This document shows, piece by piece, positions 14,455 to 28,775 of a stretch of 64,000 bases of DNA. This stretch comes from Paragordius varius (taxonomy: Eukaryota > Animalia > Nematomorpha): assembly GCA_964247055.1 (NCBI GenBank), contig OZ176050.1, forward strand, positions 10,354,001 through 10,418,000. The letters run 5' to 3'. The notes under the pieces are model-generated. The model was not told the origin of the DNA and made no database searches. It saw only the letters and a program-made list of their open reading frames with translations. The number at the start of each line of letters is the position of its first letter. Positions within the stretch are counted from its first letter, which is position 1. Made by a program: the position numbers and the translations under genes.

Positions 14455-17400
14455 TTATTTTAAAAGTTCCAGGTCATACAGAGGATTATTTTTGTGTGAA
14501 ACAGAGTTTGTGATTTTATTGTTGTTGGAATCAACCAAATCATCGGTAAAGGCAGCATCATCAATAACATTATTGTCCATTGACATATTCAATTCCGTTA
14601 AATCCAAATAATTATCGGGCTGAGAATCAACTTCTAAATAATTGGGTTCAATTAATACAAATTTGATATAATTTTTTAACATCATCCTCAGAACAAAAAA
14701 TTATAATATACAATTAATTGAACATATTAGATTGCAAAAAATCATGGTTTACAGTCCAATAATTTTTCAGGTTAATTAATAAAAAACAATATATAGTATC
14801 TCAATAAAACAAGTATCTATCTACCTGTCAAAATAATATGTGGGATATGATTGAAATGATTGGTGGATGCATTATTATTCACTTGATTTAGGTTGAATAA
14901 TTTATTCTGTTTAGAAAATTTATTGTTTTCATTGTTAATTGCATCAGTTTGTTGTAGGTGCTTATTCTTACCATTAAATGATTGCGAATCTAAAATCTCA
15001 TCCTGTTCATCAGGACCAAACTGTAGACTTGAAGTGGCGATATTCTCTAATAAATCGTCGACGCTAAGTAAATTATCATCATCACCGTTGGGTAGGGATA
15101 CATTTATATCTAAAAAAATCACGTAATAATGAAAAATTAAAAACAAGATATTTGCATGTTAAAAAAACATTATTTTCATATATCGGGTCAAAATTAAACT
15201 TAGAGGCTCATCGTTGAATTTAAAGTAAGTTTTCAGAGTTTAACCATAAATTTGAGTGTTCGATGAATTGAAAGTGATGAAAAAAGAAGTAACAGGTTAA
15301 AATTGTTTGATATTCTAGACTTTAAAGTATAAGACTTTATGTTTCAATAGTTAAATAGAAAATATAATAAAGCTTATACATTAAAAAATAGAAAAAAACA
15401 AATAAAACAATCAACAAAGAAAACAAAGTTGTGTAAGACAATTAATATCCATTTTTTAAAACTTCTTCAGATATAATGAATAAAAATCATAGGATAATTA
15501 CCAAACATAATGTCGTCAAAGGATTCATTTGTTGAAAGTATCACATTATCTTGGCCATTATTTTCCAATTTTTTGTTATTTTGATCGAAATTAAGCATCT
15601 CAATTAACGGGTTTAAATCTAAAAATTGTATCATATAAAAACCGTTTTTAAATTATTTATAGGATATGATTGATTTAAACATAGGGTTGATTGAGTCATT
15701 AATCGGGACCGGTCAATAATTAAAAAAACTCAAAATAAACAAATTCCTTAACATTAATAAAAAATTTATTGTTTCAGAAGTATTTTTTATTAAAAATTTT
15801 AAAATTACAATATCATTCAAAAATGCATTTTTGAGGCCTGACCTCGTATAATTAACGTTAGAATCTATAATCATTTGCTTATTACGGCATACAATACATA
15901 TTATTTAAGTAAAAAATAGAAAAAACTAAAACAAATTAAGAAACCTGGTTTATTGAAAGAGTGTGTTTGTGGTGATGTATCGGGAGTTGATTTAAGTAAA
16001 GGAGACACATTATTTTTCATTGGATACATTTGGTTTTCAGATGGTCTAACATAACAAGTTTAAATTCTTTTTACATGTTATAATCAAGTACCTAATTATA
16101 AATTTGATTTAGTTTTAAAAGGTGAAAATGGACAAAAAGTATTTTATTATGTTAAACCTTTAGTTTTATTAATAAAACCATCAAAAAATGCGTTATATAC
16201 CTGTGGTTTAATTCTACGGTTGAAATTGAGCGGTAATCATTTAACCCACCTAATTTATAAATATAAATCATCAAAGGTAGGAAGGATAAATCAATATTAA
16301 CTCCATATATTAATTCATCGATCTTAATAGTAAATTAACCAAAAGATCCCTATAATAATATTTTCTTAAAATGATATGAAAAATCATAAAATTTATCCAC
16401 TATATGAAAATAAATATAAAACCATATAAGTCATGCATTTTGTTTGCATATGTTGAATGTAATCTTTCATCAAACGATGATGGAAAAGGGTTGGATGCAT
16501 CATTTATCGCATTATTTATGGGAATAGGTTTCGTCTAAAATATATGTGCAAAAAATATAAAAACGTTTAAAATGGAAAGAAATGACGCAATAATTTCTAA
16601 AAAAATATTCCAAGATTTTAGTCAAGCCAACAAACCATATTATTTAATTTTCATACGCCACAATGGTTAGATTTAATCATAAAAAATAAGGTGTGGTCTC
16701 TTAACCAGATATTTACAGTCATGTATCCTTTATTTTATCAAAAATTTTTTTTTTCGTTAAATGGGTATAAATATTTGGTAAAGAATGGAAAAAACAAGGG
16801 CTCTATGGTAATTCTTACACATTTTTGATTAATATGATATTGTTAATACCATAGGGCTCTTGTTTTTTCCATTCTTTACCAAATATTTGTAACCATAACA
16901 AAAAAATTTTTTTTTGATAAAATAAAAAAAACTGTCACCTAGTGATTATAGAAAATATAAATTAATTGATTTTATGGAAAAACCTAACAACCTTTTACAG
17001 TTTAAATTGTGGCTCTTTATAAATTTGTTTTACTGTATAAAATTAAACAATTATGTAAATATAATAAAATCAATAAGTCAAGCCGTATTAGCCGTTATGG
17101 ATTTTATAAAGCGATTTAATATATATTAGTTTTTTGATAAATTGCTTGTAATTGCAATTTACATTTTAGGTTAAAAAAAATTCAAAATGAAAAGGTTTTT
17201 AATCAGTTGCACAAAAATAAAATGCGCGTATTAAACCGGATAAAAAACCTTATTTATAGCATTGAAACCCATATTAACTTCTGTCATAGATATTGACAAT
17301 GGTTGAGAAAATGAACAATCTTGAATGAGAGGGTTTTTCATATTTAAACCGTCTTCGGTCTAAATTTTAAGATAAAATAATTAATCTTACAATATAAAAA

Positions 17401-20400
17401 ATGGGGTCAACACAGTTTTTGGAGGATTTAAAACATTTTTAAATGATATCATAAAGGTAAACTAATAAAAAATATATATATTTAGAGTTTTATATATTGG
17501 TAAAAATACAAAAAATTTAAAAGACAAGGCGTGATATATGTGTAAAAGTTCAATAAGGATTTTTGAGAAAAAACGGTCAATTTTTATTGAATCACCCTAA
17601 TCAATCGCATAAATAAAATTGTTTAATATGGGGTTATACCCCAATCCACAACGACGTATTTAATACCCTTAACATAGCTATATAAAGATTTAAGTATAAA
17701 AGACTTTATCAAAAATGGACATTCTTTTACTACTTAAATTGGGATTGACTATATTATTTTTACTTTGAATTACATATTTTGAGCCTTATTTTTCCAGGTT
17801 TTACATTTAAACTAGATTCTTAAAGAGATTATATAGCTTACGCTAGAATGATAAGATGCATATCCCAACACAGATTTAGATTGTGAACTTAAATGTGTCA
17901 CATTATTAGTGTTGTTGTTAAACAAATCGTTTTGATGACCAGAGGAAACATTAAAGTAATATAAATTTGAGGTGGTATTATTGTTGAACGGAGCCGGTTT
18001 TGAGCTAATATCCATGATTTGAGAGTAAGTAGTATTAAATTCATATCCAGCATGGTGGTTTTGTGATACAAATGTAGGTTGAGACAACTAAAAACAATAA
18101 TAGACATATATATCAATTAAACAGTTATATAAAAACCGCTGATTTATGGAAGTTAATCCATCAATAGCCCTCAAAAATGTAAGATTAATATAATTATAAA
18201 CAATATTAAATTTTGTGAAAATTATTACAGTATGCATTTCAATGGTTGCTTTTTTACACTTTAGCAGGACAATTTGCAACGCAGTAGTGTATCAAAAAAA
18301 CAACAACAAATTGAATAAACAATTATTTCCTTTCTGTTTTCCATACCCTCCTGTGTTGCAAATTGCCCTATTATAGTGTGAAATAAACAACAATTAAATA
18401 AAAATTTACTGATTGAGCGTTGGTGGAACATGGAACGGATTGATATGACAATGAGCTATATAGACAATTTGTAGAGCAATAAAAAATTATAAAAGCTTAT
18501 AAAACTCTTTACTGATTGCAGAACAGAAAAATATTTATCTTTAAACCTGTTGATAGAATTGGACATTTTTGGGTGGTTTGGACGATTAATGGGGAATGTT
18601 TGAGTACTCTGTGTTCAAATCGATATAAGATTAAGTGATTAAAAGTATAGTAAAAAATTTTGCTCATAAAAACAATAAATGTTCACACAAAAAAATGGAA
18701 TGCAAAGCTATTCGCCAACATAAAAAGATTCAAATCATTTTTGAGGCCGTGCATGAAAATTAAAATTCCTAAATTTAAAATATTATTATTGAAAATAAAT
18801 TAATTTTGAAAAAATAATTTCTCTTAACAACTAAATATTTTTAATGTGAGAATATGCGTTTCAAATTTATATTATATTTTGAAAAAAAGATAAAATCGGT
18901 TTCAATTATGTCATGAACCACCATTGCACAAAAAGAAATAAGTAAGAAAAAGGTCATTTATTAACTTACTTACAAAAATATTTTCCTATATAAAATTTAT
19001 TGTACCTGATAAAGGGACGTTGTTTGTTGTTGAAATAACCTGACCTTCTCTGGCGGTGGAATGGGTAAAGTGTAGTTTGGTAAATGCAAATTCGATAAAT
19101 CAGGCAATGAACCACACGCCTCATTCGCAGATGTATTATTGTAATTGATAGTCAGCGTAGCTAGAAAAAGTAAAAGTTTTATCAAATAGGTTAATATACT
19201 GATTTACATATAATTTTTTGTTAAAAAGTACATTTTAAAGTAAGTATATGAATGTTAATATCGTTGATGGAAAGTAATTACTAAACATCATTTGCAGAGT
19301 GCAGTTTTACACATTTTTTTTTGTAAATAGTCTCAAATTCGGATAGTTTCCAAAACCCTATCAGAAACAGCTGGTTATTTTAAATCAGTAATTTTCATTT
19401 TTTTAATTATAAGCTTAAAAGGTGCCAAAATAAACATTTATTTAACCCAATATTTATAGAAGTTCGTCAACTACCCCACCAAAAAGTAACATGGTGTCAA
19501 AAGAAAGTGTTGGTTTTAATAATATTAACATAATGAATTACCATTAGTTTGATTAGGGCCTTTGACATAATTGGTGGTTTGCACTGATGTAGTGCTAGGC
19601 AGATAATTAATAATAGGAGAATGGTTATAGCCACTATTTTGCGGTGATAATGGTAGTATGGCATTGCCTAGGGGAGAGGGATACTTTGATGATGATTGAT
19701 ATAAACTTTCGGTCGGAGATGCGCTAAAACATATTAATATATAAAAATTAACCACTCATAATAACTTCTGTATTGTGAAAAAAAGCATAACTTTATCTAG
19801 CATTTTCAGAAAATTAGATAATGAAAAAAATAATTAATATATTTAAAAAATTTATATAATATTGTTCAATATTTTTAAAAACAATTATTGTTTTGTAGCC
19901 AACTTTTAACGGTTGTATCTCAAAAACTAAAATCATATTTGAAAATCTAAAAATGATTTAACATGGCTAATTCGTTTTAAAATGTTGATAATTTTAGGTA
20001 AAATTTTGAAAAAATATATAATAAATTATTGGGTATTTGCTGTCCATCAAATAAATATGTTTAGTTTTTTTCTTAAAAATACTTTAACACACTGTTTAAT
20101 GATTAATTTTATTAACATTGTTAATTTCGCTTTTATGAAATATATTTTTCTCGAAAAATTACTATTTCAATATATATGTTTACCTGTAATAATCTGATGG
20201 ATTTCTATAAGCTGAAATATTGATGTCTGGCCCCATGTTATTTAATTGGGTATCTTGTTGACCCTATAAGGAGGAAATATTAAGTGTGTTATTTAGGGTA
20301 AAAGAGTATATTTATAGTAACAAAAATGTTGAAACAATGCAAGACACAGTAAAAACATAATAACTATAAAAAATCGATCATGACACGCTTTACAAAACAG

Positions 20401-23400
20401 TACATTAGATTTATAGCATGCAAAAAGCTTTGTTTATTATAAATTCATACATTATATAAATTACTCCAAAACAACAAAACTTAAATGAAATTTTATATCA
20501 ATTATGATACCGAAAATAACCTTTAATTTATTTCGGTGTATTTGTGACATATAATATTTATATGAAGGTGACATTGTTTGAACATTTGCACTTTTGTTAG
20601 TACTAGATGTAATTAACTGACAATGTTCCATATTTGGGAAGTGATTATCGGATTTCTTATTTTGTTGTTGTGCATGACTATTGGGGTGTCTTTTATCCAA
20701 ACAATTTACATTAATTTTATCATTTAACCGATAATTGTCGAAGTTTAAATGGCCATCGTGATTTTCATACATATTGCTATTGGGTGTTAACGAGCTCGTT
20801 GAATACAAATCATTATCGTGGAAAAAATCACATGCAAGATTTTGGAATGGTTTAAAATTTATTTTAACTCCACTACCACGTCTTCGATTTTTATTGTGAC
20901 CTGTAGAGTGATTACCATTATTTGAAGGGTAAGGTCTAAAATGTTCCTTATATCGTAATGCTAAATCTCTGTCATTTGCTATTTGTGAAACATTAAGAGT
21001 ATTGTGATTAAGGGTTCCATTCAACGCGGCAGATAATAGCAAATTATTGGGTTCTAAAACCATACAACCCGTAGATTTATACCTTGTTAATTGATAATTT
21101 GGTGTGCCATTCGCTATAGATTCATCAGTGGTAAAAAGTTCATCAGCCTCCAAATAATGATGACTCTTTTTACGCTTAAGCGTATGTAGTTTTGGCTAAT
21201 CAAATTACATGGCATGAATAAAATCAATCAATCAATTATCTATACATAATTGGAATGTGAATATTATTGTACGCTAAAAGATAACCTTATTTTCTCAAAA
21301 AATTTATTTATTCAATGAATGCTTTATAACATTTCTTATATTAACCGCTTTAACTTTGTTTGATGTCATAGGAGATGCCTTAAAAATTTTATATGGATGG
21401 CTTAAAAAAAGACGCAAACATTGGTATAACTAACATAAGACATAAATTTATGTTGCATGCTAATAAGCCAATACATAATCACAAACACACACATTTAGAA
21501 GAACAGAACGAATGTTATGTTCATGCGTAGTGCAGGCAATTTTAAATAAGATTTTATATATAAAAATTACTTGAGATGGGTTTGAGGTTAAATTGTTGGA
21601 ATCATTTTCTATTTCGTAATAAATATATTTTTTATGATAATTTTTAAAATATAAGTAATAGTCATTTATTAAATTATAAAGCTCATGAATTAGCTCTTTG
21701 ACGCAATACTACTGCAATTCGTTACAGACTTGAGTGTAAAACACCTTAAATAAAATGCGAATATGCTTAAAAATATAATATACTAATGAAAAACAAAATT
21801 AATTTTTAAATTTAAAATGATGGTTTATATGTAATTTATTTGGAAAACCTGCTTGAAACAATATCGATTCTTTATCAAATTAAACATAATTTGTTATGAA
21901 ACCACCAAGAATATGTTATGATATATGGAATTTAAAATATCGTTAATATGATAGGATATACTGATATTTGTAAAAAAATCATAAAACTGAATATTCCAGT
22001 TTAAGAGCACCTCAAAGAAGCTAATTTTTTTAAGCAATAAATATGTAAAGTTGGCACTGTTATAAGAAAGTGAAGATGCATAATACTTCGTATCCTCTAA
22101 ACAACCAAATAAGCTTTTAATTTTTAAACACATATAATGTTTTTCCCTATCAATCAGATTTCGTTCTCTGCCCCTATAAAAATGAGTAAATTAATTTAGT
22201 ATTACCATTATTAATTTTCACAGAATTGATTTCATAGTTATTTATCATTGGTCGGTGGTTAGATACGTTAGTGTGGTGAAAAGTTGGAACTGATGATATA
22301 CCCATGTGATTGGGGGATTTGGCATTATAAACCGTCGTTTGCAATGAATATGGCATTTGGTGAATTTTATGATAATTTATCAGAGTGTTTTGTTGACAAT
22401 AATCATTATTTTGTTGTTGGTGATGAATCGTTTTCCCGTTTGAAGTGCTGATATTTTGATCTCTAATAAAAACAACATTAACGTTGTTTAAGATGTTTGT
22501 AATTTTAGGTCTAAATCACCCTATTTTTATTTAATTTTTATATATAGCTAATAAGAATGGGTTATTAGGTTAAGGCTTTTTTAAACCTGTAAGTAATAGC
22601 TTTAATTATAGCTATATAAAAAATTAAGCAACTTAAAATATGGTGAGTCTTTTGTAACATAGTAGGTCAATTGATAATACCAGAATTGTGGCTCTTTTTT
22701 TCATAAACTTTAATTTTAAGTATTACGCCTTATCTTTATAAATTTACTGGAAAATAATAAAAAGCTAATATAATAATATTCAAATTTGTGGATATTTGGC
22801 CCATAGTACCATAAGTAACTTGATATGTTTCATTATTTAACAAGTGCAAAAATGTGACAATTGTATTAAAAATATTAAACAAAAAAACTTAACCGTCTAT
22901 TAAGACCACTCTTTAAGAGAGAATCAGTTTAAAAAAATAAGGTTTTTCAAAATTTTATATTAAAAATAAAATTCTTACATTCCAGCATATTGTACATTTG
23001 GTTGTGCACTCTGGTTCATATTAGCATTATTGTATAATACATTTTTTGAAGTTAAAACCATTCCCGATTCATTATTTGTAGTGTAATGGGCCGAACTAAG
23101 ATTGTGAAGCCGTGTAGCATTTAACGATGATTGCTTATCAATATCAAAGGTTAAATTATTATTGTTTATATTACTACCATCTTCAAAATCCATAGTTCCT
23201 GATTGTACAGTCAATGGTGAACTTTGTTGAATTACTGAAGTCAAACCACCCTGATGTTTTACCGTGAGATTAGGGGGAGAGTATTGATAGAAATGAAGGT
23301 TAGGTGGTGTAAGAGGTTGATGATAAGCTTGTTTTTGGTGTCGTTTGTTAGGAGATGCGCTATAATAATATGAGGTTTGGATCCCGTCCTCGGATTGGGC

Positions 23401-25165
23401 ATTCAGGGCAGAATCTGAATGAGTCCTATCATTAAACAGTAATGTAATTACCATTCGAAATTTTGATATAAAAAAAGAAAGTAATGATAACTAAAATTAA
23501 TTGCAACGCAAAAATTATAATCAGGCAATGGGAGTCAAAAGTATTACTGAAAAAAACTGAAATCCAAAAAGGGTATTTTATGTTATAATATTGAATATAC
23601 CATATAAAAATACTTTTTTAAGCGAAAAGCGCACACAAAAGGATATCAAATATAAAGTTAAAAAATAGCGCTTTAAACAAATGATTGTCTAGTAACATTA
23701 AAAAAAATATTTCATGCCATTTATGCACATTTGCACAAAAAAAGTCAATCTTTACAAAAACGCTAAAATGGGACAACTTATAAAATCGCCCGCACAAAAA
23801 ATGTTCGTTATAAGTATAGAGAAATTAGCCTATTATATACCTGCGCCAAGGGTAATCTGGAGAGGGTGGGGATAGATATGGCATAGTGTAAGGACTACAA
23901 TCCATCTAAAAGATTCAAAAATATAAAAAAGATTGTATAAATTTGTATATTCAATTTAAATAAGTTTAACTATATTTCAAGGAAAATACTTAAAACTTTT
24001 ATCATTCGAGTTTATTGTGAGAAAATACCATCACAATTATATTGCTAAAAACATATAAAATGTTAGAATCTCCAAAACATGTCTAGTTATATGTAAATAT
24101 TCATAAAAAATCCAAGTATAACATAATTTAACCTTAGAGTAAACAGTAAAATGTTTAGCATATCAATAATAATTCACATAAATTTGAGGAATTTATAAAG
24201 TTCACCTGGTTAAAATTTGAATTAAAATTATATGGAACTGCACATTATGACATACAACAAAGATTAAAATCACATTAGTTACATAAATAAAACTAATTTC
24301 AACCACATAAAGTATTTTAATTGAGTACAAAAACAAAGATAAAACCAAAATATTTTTTAAAAAGTCTTACCTTGGCAACTTTTCGTTCATTATGGGTCGA
24401 TCTTGCGCGAACGGAATGATGAGGGGCATGGTCATTAACATTAGATATTTGATTTTCACCAATATATCTTTTCGTCGAAGAAATGCTTCTTATATGACAT
24501 GATCCTTGATTTGCGTTATTTTTTCGCGAATTAGTATAATTAATATTATGTCTTGGAGAAGTTTTATGACTTTTTGAGTTCAATCTCATTGATAATATTG
24601 ATTGATCAGCAGCGGATTGAGCAGGGTGCTTAATTTGATATTGATCATTTATCCTCATACCCGCGTTTCCATTTCTTAGGTGTCCATATTTTGGTTTATT
24701 AATATTGGGAGTATTAACATTACAATTATCCAATGCATTAGTATTTCGGTTAACATTCTTATGTTGAGTATAATTAAAATTTTGAGGAGAAACCTAAAAA
24801 CAATCGTTATATTTATAAAACACTTATTTTTTTACAGATAATGCTAACATATCATACTTGGTTTAAATAAGATAAATTATTATAAATCTCTGGACGCTGA
24901 TCTATAAAAGCACTGGAATTTGCTGATATGATATCATTTTGCATAATAATTGGCTTGTTCACGTTTGGTAATGAACCACCATATAATTGAGAGCTTTGCG
25001 TCGCTAGATCAAGCATGTTATCCGTGTTCGTATCCTTCTTTTTTATAAATAATAATATACTTTAATGAAACCAACCTCTTTCATAATCTTTTCAAAAGCA
25101 GCCGTTTCTTCGGCCTGCTTTTGAGTGTGCAAAGCTATTTTCTCGCTAAATTTTCTCGGATTCAT
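14455..25165 (-). CDS. CRTC: CREB-regulated transcription coactivator (CRTC/TORC), ~20 exons, ~1,270 aa
   Basis: Motifs: [30 protein letters not shown] (ATG 25165), [45 protein letters not shown] and an acidic C-terminus (stop 14455). Phase-consistent exons: 25165-25061, 25037-24858, 24793-24371, 23905-23841, 23425-22979, 22462-22206, 21608-21571, 21195-20521, 20263-20184, 19723-19542, 19160-19006, 18608-18547, 18455-18410, 18087-17842, 16534-16423, 16249-16201, 16045-15945, 15618-15502, 15109-14825, 14633-14455 (3,804 nt). Confidence 0.93.
16716..16934. repeat. Long inverted repeat (MITE or hairpin) in a CRTC intron
   Basis: A 42-bp near-perfect stem (16769-16810 / 16847-16888) with a 36-nt loop, extended outward by imperfect T/A-rich arms. 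Confidence 0.8.
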
Positions 25166-26448
25166 CTCTTTTCACCATCAATAATGAATGAGAGAAGGAT
25201 TGGATGATTTTTAAAACTATTTAATTTGGTTGAGTTCCAAATGTGCATATATTATTAATATTTGCGAATTTAAAATTTTTAAGCTATAAAGATAATTCCA
25301 TTATATATATATATATATATTTACGTTCGCGCTTCTTGCCTTAATATCTATTTCCTTTTAATATTTATGGATAACTTTTTAATCGAGGCATTTAATACGT
25401 TGGAAAGTAGTTTTCTACCTATAAATTTTAAATATCTAAGGTGATAATGCCCAATAGCTTAATCTTTTAACATTTCAAAAGAAGAATTTTGGGGCTTGTA
25501 ATCTGAAAGTTTAAAATTTAGAATAAAATATACTGTTACATATTATTCAAATTTATAAATAACAAAAATTGCCTTCGTATACAAACAAATAAAAACCTTA
25601 TAACTTAATGGCATTATTGTATAAAATCAAACAATATGAATCGAAAAGTTAACATTTCGATTCAAATCGGAGTGATAAGTGGCACAACACTATATTTAAA
25701 TGGATATTAAAAAGGACGTCCCTAATAAATTTGTGTTAAATCCTAAGAAAATTATATAAATCAGCTAAAATATCTTTAAATATATAAGTTTAAAAGAATA
25801 TGTCTATATCAAGTTTAGTTGTCAATTATTTTAAAAAATAATATTTTGTTTCTAATGGTCAACAAAATTTTGCTGAAAATCGACTTTTTTATCCATTATT
25901 AAAAATAGTTTTTAAGCTGATATCAAAATTAATATATTTAAACTTTTTATCGCAAAATACCGGCATTTTTGCGTTTATTAAAAAGCACTATCTGATATTA
26001 AGAGAGCAGAAAAATTTGGGACTTTTGGAGCCCACATCTAAAAATTAATATTTTTCGAAAATATTCGTTTATAAAGTTTATGATGTGTTTTAGTTATTAT
26101 ATTTTTAATTTTTGGAATGAAGCTGCTAGTTTTCACCATAAAAATTCTGTTAAATATGATGTGCGCATATTTATTTTCTGATATGAAGCAAACACAAAAA
26201 TGTAATTTCCTTAAATTAATCGTAAGGGCCAAAATGTACCATAATAATCCGGATACATTTTCACATCAGAATATAAATATTTTATCAGGTTTTTTTGTGG
26301 ATACTCTGTTTATATCAAAATATATATATTTTATTTAGATATGTTTATGTGTTTACTGGGTAATGGAGAAAAATGGGAATTATTTTATGTTTACATAAAT
26401 TGAAAAAGAATTCCAAAATATTATTTATAGTGCTTGGTAATCATTCAT

Positions 26449-26493
26449 GGGTCGCACAAAATGTCAGGGAGGGCTGCATGCTGACCACCTTTG
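26449..26493. mobile_element. Right-end fragment of a hAT-like MITE
   Basis: gggtcgcacaaaatg...gggctgcatgc...gaccacctttg is followed by atctagtg, which resembles the NTCTAGAN target preference of Charlie-type hAT elements. Confidence 0.4.
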
Positions 26494-27377
26494 ATCTAGT
26501 GTATTTAAAATATTGCTTAATCCAGCCTTTTTTAGCACTTCTAATATTATAGAATAGATTAATTTCCGAGCTAGTATCAAAAACATCATTATTTTTACCT
26601 TAAAATAAATTTATTTTATCAAAATTTATGGATATTAGATTTTATTTAATATTTTACAAAATTTACTATAAATACTATTATGTGGTTTAAGTATTTTGAT
26701 GCAAATAACATAAATATTCCCAATAGACCTCATCTTTTATAGGTTTTGAAGCGATAATTCAACACGTCGATTTAAATTGGGGTATCTAAATACCCCAGAC
26801 TAAAGTTGAGTCAGGATTTTTAAAAAACTACAGAAAGAAACGGTCCAAATTTAAATTTATGCTTCTATCCTAATAAATATATAAATATCCCAAAATATCT
26901 AAAGAAAGTTTTGTTTTGAAAAAAAAGTTCCATTCAAACTACTTCGACGCCATTTTCATTTTGCAAAATTTTTGCAAAATATCGTCTTCATTTGATTTTA
27001 AGGGTAAAATTAAAGCTCATTTTTGATTTAAATTAACCTAATTGAAATAGAAAAAGTGGTTTTTTTTATATTATTTTTTTTTACTATCGCACACATGTCA
27101 CGTTGACCAAATTTTTACCTTTCATTTTTAGCCTAAAATAAGTAATATCAAGTATTTTTGAATAAATTTTTTTATATATTTCGGTTTATTAATGTTATAT
27201 AAGTGCAAAATTTTGCCATGATTTCGATTTCTTCCATATTTTTTAAATAATTTAATATAAACAGGCCTGAGGTATTTAACTACCCCAATTTGAATCGAAG
27301 AACTAAAATGGATGTGTTGTATCCAAGTGTTAAATACATACACATGATTTTTAGTTATTACATCGACCATGTGATCT

Positions 27378-27969
27378 ATGAATTCACCTACTATATTCGG
27401 AGTGGTAATAATTTGCTTTGGTTCTATTATTTTTCGCTTATATACACTAAATTTTTTCTCACAAATAGGTTATTTAAATAATAAAATTTAGATAAAAATG
27501 AGTTGTTGAATGCACACCCAAAGAATCTTCCACAACCACGCATATATTATAATACTAGGCATCCGTTTCCTACTATCTTAACGATAACTTGTGTCGTTGC
27601 AACTTTTGTTACAAGTTTTATTGCCATTAAATTGGTTAAATTTTTATTTAATTGTAGTTTTTTAAACGATATGATGAAAACAAGAATGAAAATATTTTAG
27701 AAAACGATGATGAGTTTATCACTGTTTCAATGCAAATAAGAAACTTTTTGTCTGCGTATATGTCTAATAACCAAAACACCTATGCTACAGAAAACTTTAT
27801 GGTTGAATTGGAAAAACTTTCAAACAGTCTAGAAGTTATTCGTAATCATTATGAACACAAAAAGCAGAGGCCACCATTGTTAAATAAAAATATTGATTTT
27901 ATTAAAAATTATTTTAAAAACTATATGATCAAAAATAATAATGATATGCTATATAAAAAAGATTTATAA
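27378..27969 (+). CDS. Predicted 181-aa orphan protein with two hydrophobic segments; three exons split by two 23-nt introns
   Basis: Exons 27378-27468, 27492-27634 and 27658-27969 join into one ORF: MNSPTIFGVVIICFGSIIFRLYTLNFFSQI-DKNELLNAHPKNLPQPRIYYNTRHPFPTILTITCVVATFVTSFIAIKL-FFKRYDENK...LYKKDL*. No family recognised. Confidence 0.6.
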
Positions 27970-28775
27970 AACAATTTCATAATAATAGTGCAATCTATTT
28001 CTTTTATTCTTCCTTGTTTCTCGGAACACTCTGTATTTTTCCCAGCTAAAACAAATAAATATTATCATTAATTGTAATATTTAAATTAAATTCCAAATTG
28101 TTTGTTACCGATCATTATTAAATGTAATTCTTCGCGGCTCTTTCCTCAGTCATTTATAGTGTGTCCTAAAATATATTCCCATGCATCCCTTAAAAACTTT
28201 AAAAATATGCCTGTTTTTCTTTTTATCTATAAAAATTTAATAATTGATACTATTTTTTGAATAATTCAATAATTATAATGCATGATCTTTTCAAAATCTA
28301 ATCATCTTAATTTTTAGTTGCGTTTTCGGACCTGTGTATTGTTTTATTAAATAATTTTACTTAATACGGTCAAAAAACCTCTTTCACTAGAGCGCACATT
28401 AAAAATTTAAAAAATATATTTCAAGTTCATTGATTCTAAAAGTAAAAAGCATTGCAATTTATGAATAGTATAACATTCGATAATTATGTGTCTCCCATTG
28501 AGCAACACAATTTAATTAAAATTAAATTTATCTAAGTTTCAAAAATAAACATCTTAGAAAATCTTTGTTACGCTTTGTCTATTAATGCATTTATTTTCAT
28601 GTCCAAATGAAAACTATGTCTAAAGAATAAGAAATAGGCCAAATTTAAGAAACATCTTAGCCTGAAAAGGATCATTGGCAGATTTGAATTGTTTTTTGGG
28701 AAAAAACCGAACGAATCTTTTTCTTACAAGAGATAAAAAACAGTTTTAAAGTATTTTAGCAAATTTTCACATATT

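Noticed and set aside
14893-15126. Plus-strand ORF, and likewise 62108-62362, 62985-63221 and 56573-56791
   Set aside because: Antisense shadows of real minus-strand exons.
21894-22133. ORF as an additional CRTC exon
   Set aside because: It has a phase-1 acceptor at ~22093, but the donor is ambiguous and the chain closes without it. Left out of the model.
25322-25420. Exon-like segment upstream of CRTC
   Set aside because: It has splice-like ends but stops in all three frames. At most a 5' UTR exon, and not supportable as coding.
27990-28230. Terminal CRMP exons or stop-codon readthrough at GAC-TGA-GGA
   Set aside because: An intron-like 63-nt GT-AG segment (28046-28108) is visible, but no single frame could be fixed. 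Readthrough is unsupported.
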